Source of the DNA: Candidatus Omnitrophota bacterium
Lineage (GTDB): Bacteria > Omnitrophota > Gorgyraeia > 1-14-0-20-64-10
Reading direction: 5' to 3'
DNA length: 64,000 nt
Assembly (NCBI GenBank): GCA_016177405.1
Contig: JACOVG010000024.1
Span: forward strand, 71,079 to 135,078
Part shown: positions 37,128-47,412 of the stretch, piece after piece
Layout: each line of letters starts with the position of its first letter
Position numbering within the stretch: the stretch's first letter is position 1
The notes under the pieces: generated by a model
Seen by the model: only the letters and a program-made list of their open reading frames with translations
Databases searched by the model: none
What the model was told of the DNA's origin: nothing
Translations under genes and position numbers: made by a program

Positions 37128-38215
37128 GGTTCCTCATTCCGGCGATCGTCATCCTGGCGGCGGCCCCCATCGGGATGATGGGGCTTACCTGGTATGAGAG
37201 AAAGGTCATTGCCCGGATGCAGGATCGCTTTGGTCCCAACCGGGTGGGCCCCTATGGATTGCTCCAGCCGATCGCCGATGGAATCAAGATGTTCACGAAG
37301 GAGGACCTGGTCCCCGAGGGGGCCGACCGCTTTTGCCATCTGCTGGCGCCGATTTTGATGGTGGTGCCCTCCCTTTTCCTTTTCACGGTTTTGCCTCTGG
37401 CGCCGGGCGCGGTGGCGGCCCCCCTGGCGACAGGCCTTTTGTTCTTCATGGCGGCGGGCTCTTCGGAGACCCTGGCCATCTTCATGGCCGGCTGGGGCTC
37501 GCGCAACAAGTTCTCCTTGCTGGGGGCGCTGCGTTCGGCGGCCCAGATGATCTCCTACGAGGTGCCGCTTCTTTTGACCCTGGCGGTTATTCCGTTGGTC
37601 GTGGGCAGCCTTAACCTGGTGGAGGTGGTCAAGGCCCAGGAGGGTTTCCGGTGGTTTTGCGCCACCCCGTGGGGGTTGACCGCCCTGGCTCTTACCCTGA
37701 TTGCCGGTTTGGCGGAGGTCAACCGCACCCCCTTTGACCTGCCGGAGGCGGAGTCCGAAATCGTGGCCGGCTTTCACACCGAGTTTAGCGGGATGAAGTT
37801 CGCCCTGTTCTACATGGCGGAGTTCTTGAGCACCCTGGCGCTGGCGGCCCTGGCGGCAATTCTCTTCTTGGGCGGCTGGGACGGGCCGGCCGCAGGCGTG
37901 GTGCCGGCGCGGTGGACGAACGCCCTCTGGATGACGGCCAAGACCTTGGGGATGGTCTTTGTCATGATCTGGATCCGGGGAACCTTTCCAAGATTCCGGA
38001 TGGACCAGCTCATGGGATTTGCCTGGAAGGTGATGGTGCCCTTGTCGCTGGCCAATGGGCTGGGGGCCTGCTTCTGGGTCCTCCGGCCGGGGCTTGCGGG
38101 GAACGTGGTTTCCGCGGCCTTGCCGCTGGGCGCCTTTCTTGTCTTCACCCAGCTGTGGCTGACGCCCAAGCCGCATCTGACCACGAAGTGGATTGACCCC
38201 GCGTTAAAGTTGTGA
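37118..38215 (+). CDS. nuoH: NADH-quinone oxidoreductase subunit H
   Basis: ERKV...QDRFGPNRVG, QPIADGIK, SYEVP and RTPFDLPEAESE motifs. Confidence 0.94.
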   Translation: MGLGFLIPAIVILAAAPIGMMGLTWYERKVIARMQDRFGPNRVGPYGLLQPIADGIKMFTKEDLVPEGADRFCHLLAPILMVVPSLFLFTVLPLAPGAVAAPLATGLLFFMAAGSSETLAIFMAGWGSRNKFSLLGALRSAAQMISYEVPLLLTLAVIPLVVGSLNLVEVVKAQEGFRWFCATPWGLTALALTLIAGLAEVNRTPFDLPEAESEIVAGFHTEFSGMKFALFYMAEFLSTLALAALAAILFLGGWDGPAAGVVPARWTNALWMTAKTLGMVFVMIWIRGTFPRFRMDQLMGFAWKVMVPLSLANGLGACFWVLRPGLAGNVVSAALPLGAFLVFTQLWLTPKPHLTTKWIDPALKL

Positions 38216-38249
38216 GAAATTAGTCGTTCGCCATGGAGGGTTTAACCTC

Positions 38250-38558
38250 ATGCCCAAGTTTGTGAAGGTGGCCACGACCAGTGAAATCCCGCCCGGCGGC
38301 GCCAAGTGCGTGGAGCCGGAAGGGAAGATGATCGCCCTCTTCAATCTGGGCGGCAGCTTCTACGCCATCGACAACAGTTGCACCCACGTGGGCGGGCCCC
38401 TGGCGGAAGGGGCGGTGGATGGCGAGGCGGTGGAATGCCCATGGCACGGGGCCCGGTTCAACATCAAGTCGGGCGACGTGCTCTCCGCTCCGGCGGGGGA
38501 GAACGTTCTTTCTTACAAGGTCCGCGTCAGCGGAAGCGACATCGAAATCGAAGTCTAA
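38250..38558 (+). CDS. Rieske-type ferredoxin
   Basis: CTH...CPWH motif. Confidence 0.92.
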   Translation: MPKFVKVATTSEIPPGGAKCVEPEGKMIALFNLGGSFYAIDNSCTHVGGPLAEGAVDGEAVECPWHGARFNIKSGDVLSAPAGENVLSYKVRVSGSDIEIEV

Positions 38559-38573
38559 GGAGGAAAAGGCCCC

Positions 38574-38885
38574 ATGGCTTATGTCATCACGGCCAAGTGC
38601 TTAGGCGAGCAGTACGCCTCGTGCGTGGAGGTCTGTCCGGTGGACTGCATCTACCCCGGCGATCACAAGGGTGAGAAGTTCATGGTGATCGACCCGGAGA
38701 TCTGCATCACCTGCGGGGCCTGCCTGCCGGTCTGCCCCATCGGCGCCATTGTCGAATCCGAGGATTACGACCAGGAATTCGCCAAGGTCAACAAGGAGCT
38801 CTCCCCCGCCTTCAAGGGGAACGCCAAGGTTACCCCTCGCGCCTCCAACGATCCGCCCCGCAAGCCGACCAACAAGCTCGTTTAG
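38574..38885 (+). CDS. 4Fe-4S (7Fe-type) ferredoxin
   Basis: C-x7-CVEVCPVDC and CITCGACLPVCP motifs. Confidence 0.9.
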   Translation: MAYVITAKCLGEQYASCVEVCPVDCIYPGDHKGEKFMVIDPEICITCGACLPVCPIGAIVESEDYDQEFAKVNKELSPAFKGNAKVTPRASNDPPRKPTNKLV

Positions 38886-38895
38886 AGCCCGGGAG

Positions 38896-40410
38896 ATGGA
38901 TGCCGACCCCTCCCTCTCCGAAAACGACCGGTTTCTCGCCAAGGGGTACGGGCTCTACCCCCACCGCCAGGAGCCCGGCTTCTTCATGCTGCGGCTTAAG
39001 ATCCCCAATGGGGTTCTGAACGCTCTCCAGCTCAAGGCGATCGCCAAGATCGCCGCCGAGCAAAACAAGGGGTTCGCCGACCTCACCACCCGCCAGGGCA
39101 TTCAGCTTCACTGGGTGGCGGCGAGGGAGGTTCCGAGCATCCTGAACGAGCTTTCCTCCATCGGGATCACCACCCTGGGCGCCTCCGGGGATACCCTGCG
39201 CAACATCGTCGGCTGCCCCGTGGCCGGGGTGGATGCCTCGGAATATTTCGACGCCTCGCCGGTCCTGCGGCAGGCGCACGATTTCTTCGCTGGAAATCCC
39301 GAGTACGCCAATCTCCCCCGGAAGCTGAAGGTCTCCATCTCGGCCTGCCGGCAGCAATGCCAGCAGCCGGAAATCCACTGCGTGAGCTTTGTCGGGTTCG
39401 AGCGCGGCGGGGAGGGAGCGCTCGCGCCGTCTTTTGACCTCCGGGTGGGCGGAGGGTTGTCCACCAGGCCCTATTTCGCTAAGCGGCTTGATGCCGCCGT
39501 AGGTCTAAACCAGGTGGTCCCCACCTTAAAGGCCATCGCGGAGATTTACCGGGACGCCCCGGAGTATCGCGAGAGCCGCGTTCGGGCGAGAATGAAATTC
39601 CTTGTGGCCGACTGGGGGGTGGAGAGGTTCCGTCAGGCGCTTCAGGACAAGCTGGATTTTCCGCTGGAGTCCCCTGGGGCCCTCGAGGACCCGCCGGACA
39701 GTTACAAGGACCACACCGGGGTCCATGAGCAAAAACAGCCGGGCCTCTTTTTTGTCGGCGCGCCTGTCTTGATCGGGCGCGTCACCGATAAGCAGATGCG
39801 CCGGGCGGCGGAATTGGCCCAAACGTACGGGGACGGCTCGATCCGGCTCACCGTCAGGCAGAATCTCCTGATCCTGAATGTCCCCAAGGATAAAGTGGCG
39901 CAGGTGCTGGAGGGCCTGGAGTCGGTCGGCCTGGGGGTGAACGCCTCTCCCGTCGCGCGCGGGGTGGTCACCTGCACTGGGATCGAGTTCTGCAAGCTGG
40001 CGATCACCGAGACCAAGGCCCGGGCCCGGGAGATCGTGGAGCATCTTGAAAAACGGATTCACCTGGAGGAGCCCCTGCGGATCCACGTGACCGGCTGTCC
40101 CAGCACCTGCGTCCAGTCGCCCATTGCCCACATCGGCCTGCAGGGGTCCCGCCTCAAGGTGGGCGAGGAGCTGGTGGAGGCCTACGACGTGGCGGTGGGC
40201 GGCGAGCTGGGGCGCGACCGGACCTTCAACCACTTTGTCGCGCGCAAGATCCCGGCGGATGAGGTCAAGATTCGGCTGACACAGCTCTTGGCGGGCTACA
40301 AGAAACTGCGCGGGGCGGGTGAGGGCTTCAACGCCTTTTGCCGGCGGGTGGGGGACGAGGCGGTGGCCAAGCTTCTGGAGCCCTCCAAAGAGCCGGAGGC
40401 GGTGGGGTGA
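38896..40410 (+). CDS. Ferredoxin-dependent nitrite/sulfite reductase (siroheme) family
   Basis: TTRQGIQLH, LPRKLK and CTGIEFC...GCPSTC siroheme/4Fe-4S motifs. Confidence 0.88.
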   Translation: MDADPSLSENDRFLAKGYGLYPHRQEPGFFMLRLKIPNGVLNALQLKAIAKIAAEQNKGFADLTTRQGIQLHWVAAREVPSILNELSSIGITTLGASGDTLRNIVGCPVAGVDASEYFDASPVLRQAHDFFAGNPEYANLPRKLKVSISACRQQCQQPEIHCVSFVGFERGGEGALAPSFDLRVGGGLSTRPYFAKRLDAAVGLNQVVPTLKAIAEIYRDAPEYRESRVRARMKFLVADWGVERFRQALQDKLDFPLESPGALEDPPDSYKDHTGVHEQKQPGLFFVGAPVLIGRVTDKQMRRAAELAQTYGDGSIRLTVRQNLLILNVPKDKVAQVLEGLESVGLGVNASPVARGVVTCTGIEFCKLAITETKARAREIVEHLEKRIHLEEPLRIHVTGCPSTCVQSPIAHIGLQGSRLKVGEELVEAYDVAVGGELGRDRTFNHFVARKIPADEVKIRLTQLLAGYKKLRGAGEGFNAFCRRVGDEAVAKLLEPSKEPEAVG

Positions 40411-41531
40411 GGGTCATCGTGATCGGCGGGGGCGTGGTGGGGTTGGCCGCGGCCGACGAGCTGACCCAGCGGGGGATTTCGGTGGAGCTTCTGGAGAGAA
40501 ATCCCCGGGTCGGCCAGGAATCCTCGTCGGCGGCTGCCGGTATCTTGCCAGCCCACACCAACGAGGAAGGGCCAGGCCCTTTCCAGGAGCTTATCCAGCG
40601 GGGCTACGACGCTTTTCCGGGGGCTGCCCGGAGGCTCACGCGACTGACAGGGATTGATCTCCGTTTTAGGAAATCAGGCATGTTTTCCCTGGCTTTCCAG
40701 CCGGCCGACGAGGAGGACTTGGCCAGAGAGGAAGGCTGGCATCGGGCGGCCGGGATTGCCTGCCAGCGGCTCACGGCGCTGGAGGTCCGGAAGCTGGAAC
40801 CGCGGGTCAGCCAGGCGGCGCGGTCGGGCCTTTTTTATCCGGAGGTTTTTCAGGTGGACACAGGGCGCCTGGTGGAGGCCTACCTTCAGGTGGTGCAGGC
40901 CCAGGGGGCCCGGATCCGCGTGAATTCCCCGGCGAAGCGGTTTCTTCTTAAAGAGGATCAGGTGGTCGGAGTGGAGACGGCGGAGGGACCGCTTTTCGCC
41001 GATCGCGTGGTGAACTGCGCCGGCCCCTGGGCCGGGTTTGACGCCGGCCTGGCCTTCACGATCCCTGCCGTCCCGGTCCGGGGGCAAATGATACAGTTCC
41101 AGACAAGCCCTTCCTTTATATCCCATGTCTGCGCTAGCCCCCGCGCCTATTTGGTTCAGCGCGCCGCCGGCGTCTTGATTGCCGGCACCACGGTTGAATA
41201 CGCCGGCTTCGACAAACGGGTGACCGAGGAGGGGTTGGCGGCCATCCGCTCCGGGGCCCAGGAGCTTGCCCCGGGCGTCGGGAGGCTTCCAGTTCAAAAG
41301 AGCTGGGCGGGCTTGAGGCCCGGGACGCCGGACGGCCGGCCGGTCCTGGGCCCCGCCCCCTTGAAGAACCTCTTGCTGGCTTACGGCCATCACCGAAACG
41401 GCATCCTTCTGGCCCCCTTGACCGGCCGGGTGGCCGCCGATTGGGTGACGCAAGCCCAAGATCACCCGGAGCTGGCTCCCTTCGGGGTGAGCCGCTTCCT
41501 GGCGAAGCCGGACAGGGTTGTGGTATCCTAA
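40407..41531 (+). CDS. thiO: Glycine oxidase ThiO-like FAD oxidoreductase
   Basis: GGGVVG, SSAAAGIL, WAGLRP and GHHRNGILLAP motifs. Confidence 0.8.
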   Translation: MRVIVIGGGVVGLAAADELTQRGISVELLERNPRVGQESSSAAAGILPAHTNEEGPGPFQELIQRGYDAFPGAARRLTRLTGIDLRFRKSGMFSLAFQPADEEDLAREEGWHRAAGIACQRLTALEVRKLEPRVSQAARSGLFYPEVFQVDTGRLVEAYLQVVQAQGARIRVNSPAKRFLLKEDQVVGVETAEGPLFADRVVNCAGPWAGFDAGLAFTIPAVPVRGQMIQFQTSPSFISHVCASPRAYLVQRAAGVLIAGTTVEYAGFDKRVTEEGLAAIRSGAQELAPGVGRLPVQKSWAGLRPGTPDGRPVLGPAPLKNLLLAYGHHRNGILLAPLTGRVAADWVTQAQDHPELAPFGVSRFLAKPDRVVVS

Positions 41532-41535
41532 TCCC

Positions 41536-43362
41536 ATGAGCCTGGATTTTTCCTGGATGATCGGCGGGGCCCAGGGCTCCGGGGTGGACTCCTCCGCCAC
41601 CACCTTTGCCCGGGCCTGCGCGGCCGGGGGCCTGTGGGTCTTCGGCAAACGGGAATACCACTCCAACATCAAGGGTGAGCACTCCTACTTCCAGATCCGG
41701 GTTTCCGACCGCCCGATCCGTTCCCACATCGACGAGGTTCATCTCCTGGCCACCTTCGACAAAGAGACGATCACGGTCCATAAGGGCGAAGTGGTCCCAG
41801 GAGGCGCCATCCTTTACGACCCGGCCATCGTGAAGCCCGAGGAGATCGGCCGACCCGACTGCCTTTTGATCCCGGTGGTTTATCAGGAGATCATCCAGGC
41901 GACCGCCCGCGAGTTTCACCGGGAAAAGGAGCTGATGAAGCTTGCCATCATGAAGAACGTGGTGGCGGTGGCCGCCTCCCTGGGCTTGGTGGGACTGGAC
42001 TTCCAGCTTCTGAAGAAGACGCTGGAGGAGGTTTTTAAGGGGCGCCGGGCCGCCCTGGCGCCGATGAACATCCGGGCCGCCGAGCAAGCTTACCAATTCG
42101 CGGCGGGCCGCCGCCAGACGGACTACCCGCACCGGTTGAGGCCGATCGCGGTTCCTGCCGGAGAAAAGCGGATCATGATCAACGGCACCACCGCCACCGC
42201 CCTGGGCAAGGTGGTGGGGGGCTGCCGGTTCCAGACCTATTACCCGATCACTCCGGCCAGCGATGAGTCGGAGTACCTGGAGGCCCATCCGGAGTTCGGC
42301 GTCACGGTGATCCAGAGCGAGGATGAGATCGCGGCCGTCACCGGGGCGATCGGCGCCGCGGTGACCGGGGTGCGCGCCTCCACCTCCACCTCCGGGCCGG
42401 GCTTTTGCCTGATGGCCGAAGGGATGGGCTGGGCCGGCATGAACGAGGTGCCGGTCGTCATCTTCAACTATCAGAGGGCCGGCCCCTCCACAGGGCTTCC
42501 CACCCGCCACGAGCAGGGGGACCTGAAGTTCACCCTCTCGGCCAGCCACGGGGAGTTTCCGCGGCTGGTCCTGGCGCCCGGCGACCTGGAGGAGTATTTC
42601 TACGACGCCATCGACGCCTTCAACTATGCCGAGCGGTATCAGACGCCGGTGGTGGTGCTGGGCGACAAGGCCGTGGCCAACTCCACCCAGACCTTGCCCT
42701 GGTACGACCTGGGCGGCGTCCACATCGACCGGGGCCAGCTTCTCTCCGATGAGGAGCTGGCCGTCCAGGTGGCCTCGGAGGGCCGGTACAAGCGCTTCAA
42801 ATTCACGGAATCGGGGGTTTCCCCCCGCTCGCGCCCCGGACAGAAGCAGGGGATCTTCTGGCTCACCGGGGACGAGCACGACGAGACCGGCCACATCTGC
42901 GAGGAGCCGGAAAACCGGACCCGGATGATGGTCAAAAGGATGCGCAAGCTCGAAACCGCCGCCCGGGAGATCCCGATCGAGAAGAAGGTGAACCTCTTTG
43001 GCGACCGGGACGCCGACATCACCCTGGTCTCCTGGGGGTCGCCCAAGGGGGCGATCCTGGACGCGATGGAGCTCCTGAAGGCCGAGAAGATTTCGATCAA
43101 TTTTCTGCAGGTGCACCTGGTCCTCCCGTTCCCGACGGAATTCGTGGCGCAGGTGCTGGCCCGCGCCCGGCGCCGGGTGAATGTGGAGATGAACTACTCG
43201 GGCCAGCTCGCCCAGGTGATCCGGGAGAAAACCGGCATGGCGATGGACGCCTCGATTTTAAAGTGGAACGGACGGGCGATCTCCCAGAACGAAATCGTGG
43301 ACGGGGTGAAAAGGATCCTCAAGGCCCACGAGTCGAAGGTGGTGCTGACCCATGGCGTATAA
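41536..43362 (+). CDS. 2-oxoacid:ferredoxin oxidoreductase alpha subunit (gamma-alpha fusion)
   Basis: GGAQGSG, YPITPAS, EDEIAA, TSGPG and [11 protein letters not shown] motifs. Confidence 0.93.
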   Translation: MSLDFSWMIGGAQGSGVDSSATTFARACAAGGLWVFGKREYHSNIKGEHSYFQIRVSDRPIRSHIDEVHLLATFDKETITVHKGEVVPGGAILYDPAIVKPEEIGRPDCLLIPVVYQEIIQATAREFHREKELMKLAIMKNVVAVAASLGLVGLDFQLLKKTLEEVFKGRRAALAPMNIRAAEQAYQFAAGRRQTDYPHRLRPIAVPAGEKRIMINGTTATALGKVVGGCRFQTYYPITPASDESEYLEAHPEFGVTVIQSEDEIAAVTGAIGAAVTGVRASTSTSGPGFCLMAEGMGWAGMNEVPVVIFNYQRAGPSTGLPTRHEQGDLKFTLSASHGEFPRLVLAPGDLEEYFYDAIDAFNYAERYQTPVVVLGDKAVANSTQTLPWYDLGGVHIDRGQLLSDEELAVQVASEGRYKRFKFTESGVSPRSRPGQKQGIFWLTGDEHDETGHICEEPENRTRMMVKRMRKLETAAREIPIEKKVNLFGDRDADITLVSWGSPKGAILDAMELLKAEKISINFLQVHLVLPFPTEFVAQVLARARRRVNVEMNYSGQLAQVIREKTGMAMDASILKWNGRAISQNEIVDGVKRILKAHESKVVLTHGV

Positions 43363-44332
43363 GGCCTCCGACTACAAGACCGACGCTCACAACGACTGGT
43401 GCCCGGGCTGCGGCGACTTCGGCATCCTCTCCGCGGTCCAGCAGGCCCTGGCCGAGATGGATCTCGCGCCGGAGCAGGTTCTTCTTTTCTCCGGGGTGGG
43501 CTGTTTCGCCAAGACCCCCCATTTTGTCCGGACCTACGGCTGCCACACCCTTCACGGCCGGTCGCTGCCCTTCGCGGTGGGGGCCAAGCTGGGCAACCCG
43601 GAACTGACCGTGATCTCCCTGGGGGGCGACGGCGACGGCTACGGGATCGGGGCAGGGCACTTCCTTAATACGGGGCGCCGCAACCTGGACATGCTCTACA
43701 TGGTCTTCAACAACGGGGTCTATGGCCTCACCAAGGGCCAGGCCTCTCCCACCTTAAAGCAGAACGTCCAGACCAAGTCGCTTCCGATGCCCAACATCAA
43801 CGACGCGATCAACCCCCTGGCCGTGGCGCTGGCTGCCGGCTACACCTGGATCGCCCGAGGGTACGCCTACGACGGCAAGGGCCTGCGGGAGCTGATCCGG
43901 CAGGGGATCAACCACCGGGGGATGGCCCTGCTGGACGTCCTTCAGCCGTGCCCCACCTACAACACGGTGAACACCAAGGATTGGTACGAGGGGTTGGAGA
44001 TGGATGAGGAAACCGGCGTCAAGAAGCCCGCGGCCCCGCGAATCTACAAGCTTGCCGAAACCGGCTTCGACCCGGTCGTCCACAACCCCGACGATTCGGA
44101 AGAAATCTGCCAGAAGAAGGGGCAGGCCTTCCAGAAGTCCCAAGAGTGGGGCGATCGGATTCCGGTAGGGATCTTCTACCAGGTTAACCTCCCCACCTAC
44201 GAGGACCGCCTGAAGGAAAGAGTCCCAGCCCTCAAGCAGTTCAGCCCCTCCAACATTCCGATCTACGACCCTGCCACCGGCACCCCTTCCCTCGACATCT
44301 CCCCAGCCCTGTCCGACCTCCGCGTCTGCTGA
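43352..44332 (+). CDS. 2-oxoacid:ferredoxin oxidoreductase beta subunit
   Basis: WCPGCGD and GGDGD...[14 protein letters not shown]-binding motif. Confidence 0.93.
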   Translation: MAYKASDYKTDAHNDWCPGCGDFGILSAVQQALAEMDLAPEQVLLFSGVGCFAKTPHFVRTYGCHTLHGRSLPFAVGAKLGNPELTVISLGGDGDGYGIGAGHFLNTGRRNLDMLYMVFNNGVYGLTKGQASPTLKQNVQTKSLPMPNINDAINPLAVALAAGYTWIARGYAYDGKGLRELIRQGINHRGMALLDVLQPCPTYNTVNTKDWYEGLEMDEETGVKKPAAPRIYKLAETGFDPVVHNPDDSEEICQKKGQAFQKSQEWGDRIPVGIFYQVNLPTYEDRLKERVPALKQFSPSNIPIYDPATGTPSLDISPALSDLRVC

Positions 44333-44413
44333 TTTAAAGTCCGCTCCCTAAAGGTTTCTCCCGCCCGCCTCCCCAGGGTAGAATAGAGGCGGAATGAAAA
44401 GGAGAAACTTCAG

Positions 44414-44878
44414 ATGACGCAACCCTCGATTGTTTCCTATTACGGGCAAGACCACGACCGGTTGGACGGCCTGTTTAAGCAGTTCCAGGCTGGAAAGCGC
44501 TCCGATCCGGAAACGGCAGGGAAGACCTACCGGGAATTCATGGCGGGGCTTAAGCGGCACATTGTGTGGGAAGAGGAGATCCTGTTCCCGCTCTTTGAGG
44601 ACAAGACCGGCATGCGGGACGTTGGCCCCACGGCGGTCATGCGGATGGAGCATCAGCAGATCCGGGGCTTCCTGGATGCCATTCTTCAAAAGGTTGAGCG
44701 CCAGGAGGCGGCCAGCGACGCCGAAGAGGCCGCTCTTCTGGAGGTGCTTTCCGCGCACAACCAGAAGGAAGAGCAGATCCTCTATCCCCTCATCGACGAG
44801 CACCTAAGCGGCGCCGAGCGGGAGGACGTTTTCACCAAGATGAAGCACCTGGGAGGAAAAGATGCCTGGAACGGATGA
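44414..44878 (+). CDS. Hemerythrin HHE-domain protein
   Basis: DH, RHIVWEEEILFP, EH and HNQKEEQILYP motifs. Confidence 0.88.
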   Translation: MTQPSIVSYYGQDHDRLDGLFKQFQAGKRSDPETAGKTYREFMAGLKRHIVWEEEILFPLFEDKTGMRDVGPTAVMRMEHQQIRGFLDAILQKVERQEAASDAEEAALLEVLSAHNQKEEQILYPLIDEHLSGAEREDVFTKMKHLGGKDAWNG

Positions 44879-45554
44879 GCTGGTCTTTTCTGGGGAGATG
44901 AAGGAAGGGGTCTACCGGGCGATCTACGGCCGCAGGGACATCCGTTCGCAGTTTATGCCGGAGCCCATCCCGGACGAGGTGCTCCTGCGGATTCTCCGCG
45001 CGGCCCATCACGCCCCTTCCGTCGGGTTCATGCAGCCCTGGAACTTTATTGTGATCGAGGACGCGGCGGCCCGTAGGGAGGTCAAGGAGTCCTTCGAGAA
45101 GGCCCACGCCGCCGCGAAGCAGCTCTTCCCGGAGCCCAAGCGCGCGGTCTACGGCTCCTTCAAACTGGAGGGGATCCTGGAGTCGCCTGTGAATGTCTGC
45201 GTTACGTGCGACCGGAGCCGGTTTGGCCCCGTGGTGATCGGCCGCACCTGCCAGCGTGAGATGGACCTCTACAGCGCGGTCTGCGCGGTGCAGAACCTGT
45301 GGCTGGCGGCGCGGGCGGAAGGGGTGGGCGTGGGCTGGGTCAGCATCGTCTATCCAAAGGACCTGAAGCGGATCCTGCGTCTCCCCTCCCAGGTGGTGCC
45401 CATCGCCTACCTGTGCCTCGGGTACGTGACGCATTTCCCGGAGGAGCCGGAGCTGCAGAAGGCGGGGTGGCTGCCGCGGCTGGCGCTTAAGGAGGTTGTC
45501 TTCACCGAACGCTGGGGTGACCGGACCGGCAGAATCTGCCAGGCGCTGGAGTGA
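44862..45554 (+). CDS. bluB: 5,6-dimethylbenzimidazole synthase (nitroreductase family)
   Basis: RRDIR, APSVGFMQPW, KLEGILES and CAVQNLWLAARAEG motifs. Confidence 0.88.
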   Translation: MPGTDELVFSGEMKEGVYRAIYGRRDIRSQFMPEPIPDEVLLRILRAAHHAPSVGFMQPWNFIVIEDAAARREVKESFEKAHAAAKQLFPEPKRAVYGSFKLEGILESPVNVCVTCDRSRFGPVVIGRTCQREMDLYSAVCAVQNLWLAARAEGVGVGWVSIVYPKDLKRILRLPSQVVPIAYLCLGYVTHFPEEPELQKAGWLPRLALKEVVFTERWGDRTGRICQALE

Positions 45555-46477
45555 CGGTGGCGCCTCATCGGTTACAGGTATTTCTTATAGGGTGCGCTGC
45601 GCTCTTTTTTGCGTCGGGGTCTTACGCGCGGGAAGAACACAAACCGCTTCCGCCGCGCCCATTCTATTTCGTCCAAGATTCCAAGGGGCAGAACCACTCC
45701 TTTGGCCTTCGAGCGGCTGAAGATGGAAGGCTTACCTTAGAGGATGGATCCGGAAGATCCCTTGAGATGGTTCCTGACCCCAAGCGGCTTTTTGGAGCGG
45801 CCTTTTATCAGGATGAAAACAGTCTGGTGGCCATCGAAACGGACGGCACGGTTTTGTGGTATGGCGAGGAAAGCGGTATCTTTCAGCTAAAGAATAAGCG
45901 GTCCGTCGAATATCCGGCCAGCGTATTGAACGTCTTCTTCACTCGGGTTCCGGGTCTTGTTTATCTCCTTCTGGAGGATACCCAGGAGGCTGACCGGTTG
46001 AGGAACTCTCCCGAACAATCCTACGCGGATCGATATGGCCGGATTACCCTGCAGACTTCAGCCGAAGGCTGGCACGCGATTCCGGCGGAAGAGTTGACGC
46101 CGTCGTTTCTGACCGGCTGTTACACGATGGCTGGCAAGAAGGTGACTGTGAGCCTGCGAGAGGACGAGAGGATTGAGCTCTCCCTTCCGGAGCCCTTGGA
46201 TGAGCCGTTTAGATCCGGCCCTTACGATCCCCTGGCCGAGGCCATCTTTGTTTTTCCAAAAGAGGGAATCGTCTGTAAAACCCAAAAGGGCTGGTCATTG
46301 CATCGGATGGATGGCTCCCTGGTGAAGTGGTTCTCCGCAGAGGGGATAGAGGCTTTCTGGTGGGAAGAACCCACCGTAAAAGAGGGCAGTTTCTTTATCC
46401 ACTCTCGTACCGGGTACGGCGGCGGCACTTTCAAGCTGGATGCAGACTCCGGAACCCTTATCCGAACCGAGGATTAA
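45551..46477 (+). CDS. Hypothetical secreted protein
   Basis: Signal-like N-terminus ending SYA; beta-rich body; no recognised family. Confidence 0.6.
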   Translation: MTVAPHRLQVFLIGCAALFFASGSYAREEHKPLPPRPFYFVQDSKGQNHSFGLRAAEDGRLTLEDGSGRSLEMVPDPKRLFGAAFYQDENSLVAIETDGTVLWYGEESGIFQLKNKRSVEYPASVLNVFFTRVPGLVYLLLEDTQEADRLRNSPEQSYADRYGRITLQTSAEGWHAIPAEELTPSFLTGCYTMAGKKVTVSLREDERIELSLPEPLDEPFRSGPYDPLAEAIFVFPKEGIVCKTQKGWSLHRMDGSLVKWFSAEGIEAFWWEEPTVKEGSFFIHSRTGYGGGTFKLDADSGTLIRTED

Positions 46478-46598
46478 CCTCTTGCCAGCGCGTAAAACCG
46501 TACCGTTTCCGGGAGTGCCGGGTTTCGAACTGCGGACCCGGCGCGTTTGGAACTGGTATCTAAATATATGAGGGGATTCCGAAATTATCGGAGGGAAA

Positions 46599-46775
46599 AT
46601 GAAGCCAAAGGGTGCGAAGAGTGTAGAAGCGCTTCATAAGGGGGCGATCAAGGCGCTTAAGAAAGCGGTGGAAAGAGCGCTGGCACAGCATAAATTGGCG
46701 GGGGTCCCTGCGGCCATTTGGCGGGACGGAAAGGTTGTTCTTTTATCCGGTCGTCGTTTGAAGAGGCCTCGTTGA
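46599..46775 (+). CDS. Small basic protein (58 aa), below the ORF-track cutoff
   Basis: GGAGGG RBS; manual translation MKPKGAKSVEALHKGAIKALKKAVERALAQHKLAGVPAAIWRDGKVVLLSGRRLKRPR. Confidence 0.65.
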   Translation: MKPKGAKSVEALHKGAIKALKKAVERALAQHKLAGVPAAIWRDGKVVLLSGRRLKRPR

Positions 46776-46846
46776 CGTGACGCGTAACCTGTCCCCTTGG
46801 TACCCGGTACCGTTAGCTCCCGTACTGTGGTGCTGAGGACCGCCGC

Positions 46847-47392
46847 ATGTTCTGGTTAACACTTACCCTCGGAATCTTAATGGGGCTGATTTCACGGGCC
46901 CTAATTAGAAGATTTATCCAGAAATCATTTCCGGGCATTACTGACGGTCATCTTGATGTACTGCTCATTATCTTGCTGCTTATTGTGGCTGCATTATCTG
47001 TTACTAAACACCGCGACGAGGAAGCGAAAAGAATGATCCTTAGGGACGTGGAGCGTAAAACGCAAGAAGTTGAGCGGCTTCCCGATGGTAGGTCGAGATT
47101 TGGCGTAGTGATAACTGGGAAGCCCATTGTAATATTGGAAGAGCACGGAAAGGCAATTTCTAAATTTAATATTGGAGATTTTGGTGGATGCCTCCAACAC
47201 TCTCAAAGAGCCATTCAGGCACATGAAGAGACGTTAGAAACGTTATCGCGGATCGCGAATTATGGGGTAGATGGAGGTGCCTATTTGCCAGCAAGAGAAA
47301 CAGCAAAGCTTTACGATCTCGCGGCGAGGTGTGCAGATCGTCTCGGTAAAGGTGAACTAGCTGCGCAATATCGAGAGAAAGCGAAGCAATAA
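46847..47392 (+). CDS. Hypothetical membrane protein, two TM plus helical TPR-like C-terminus, low GC
   Basis: Two hydrophobic helices; AT-rich codons relative to the flanks. Confidence 0.6.
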   Translation: MFWLTLTLGILMGLISRALIRRFIQKSFPGITDGHLDVLLIILLLIVAALSVTKHRDEEAKRMILRDVERKTQEVERLPDGRSRFGVVITGKPIVILEEHGKAISKFNIGDFGGCLQHSQRAIQAHEETLETLSRIANYGVDGGAYLPARETAKLYDLAARCADRLGKGELAAQYREKAKQ

Positions 47393-47412
47393 ATGGTGTA
47401 CATGAGATTGCG

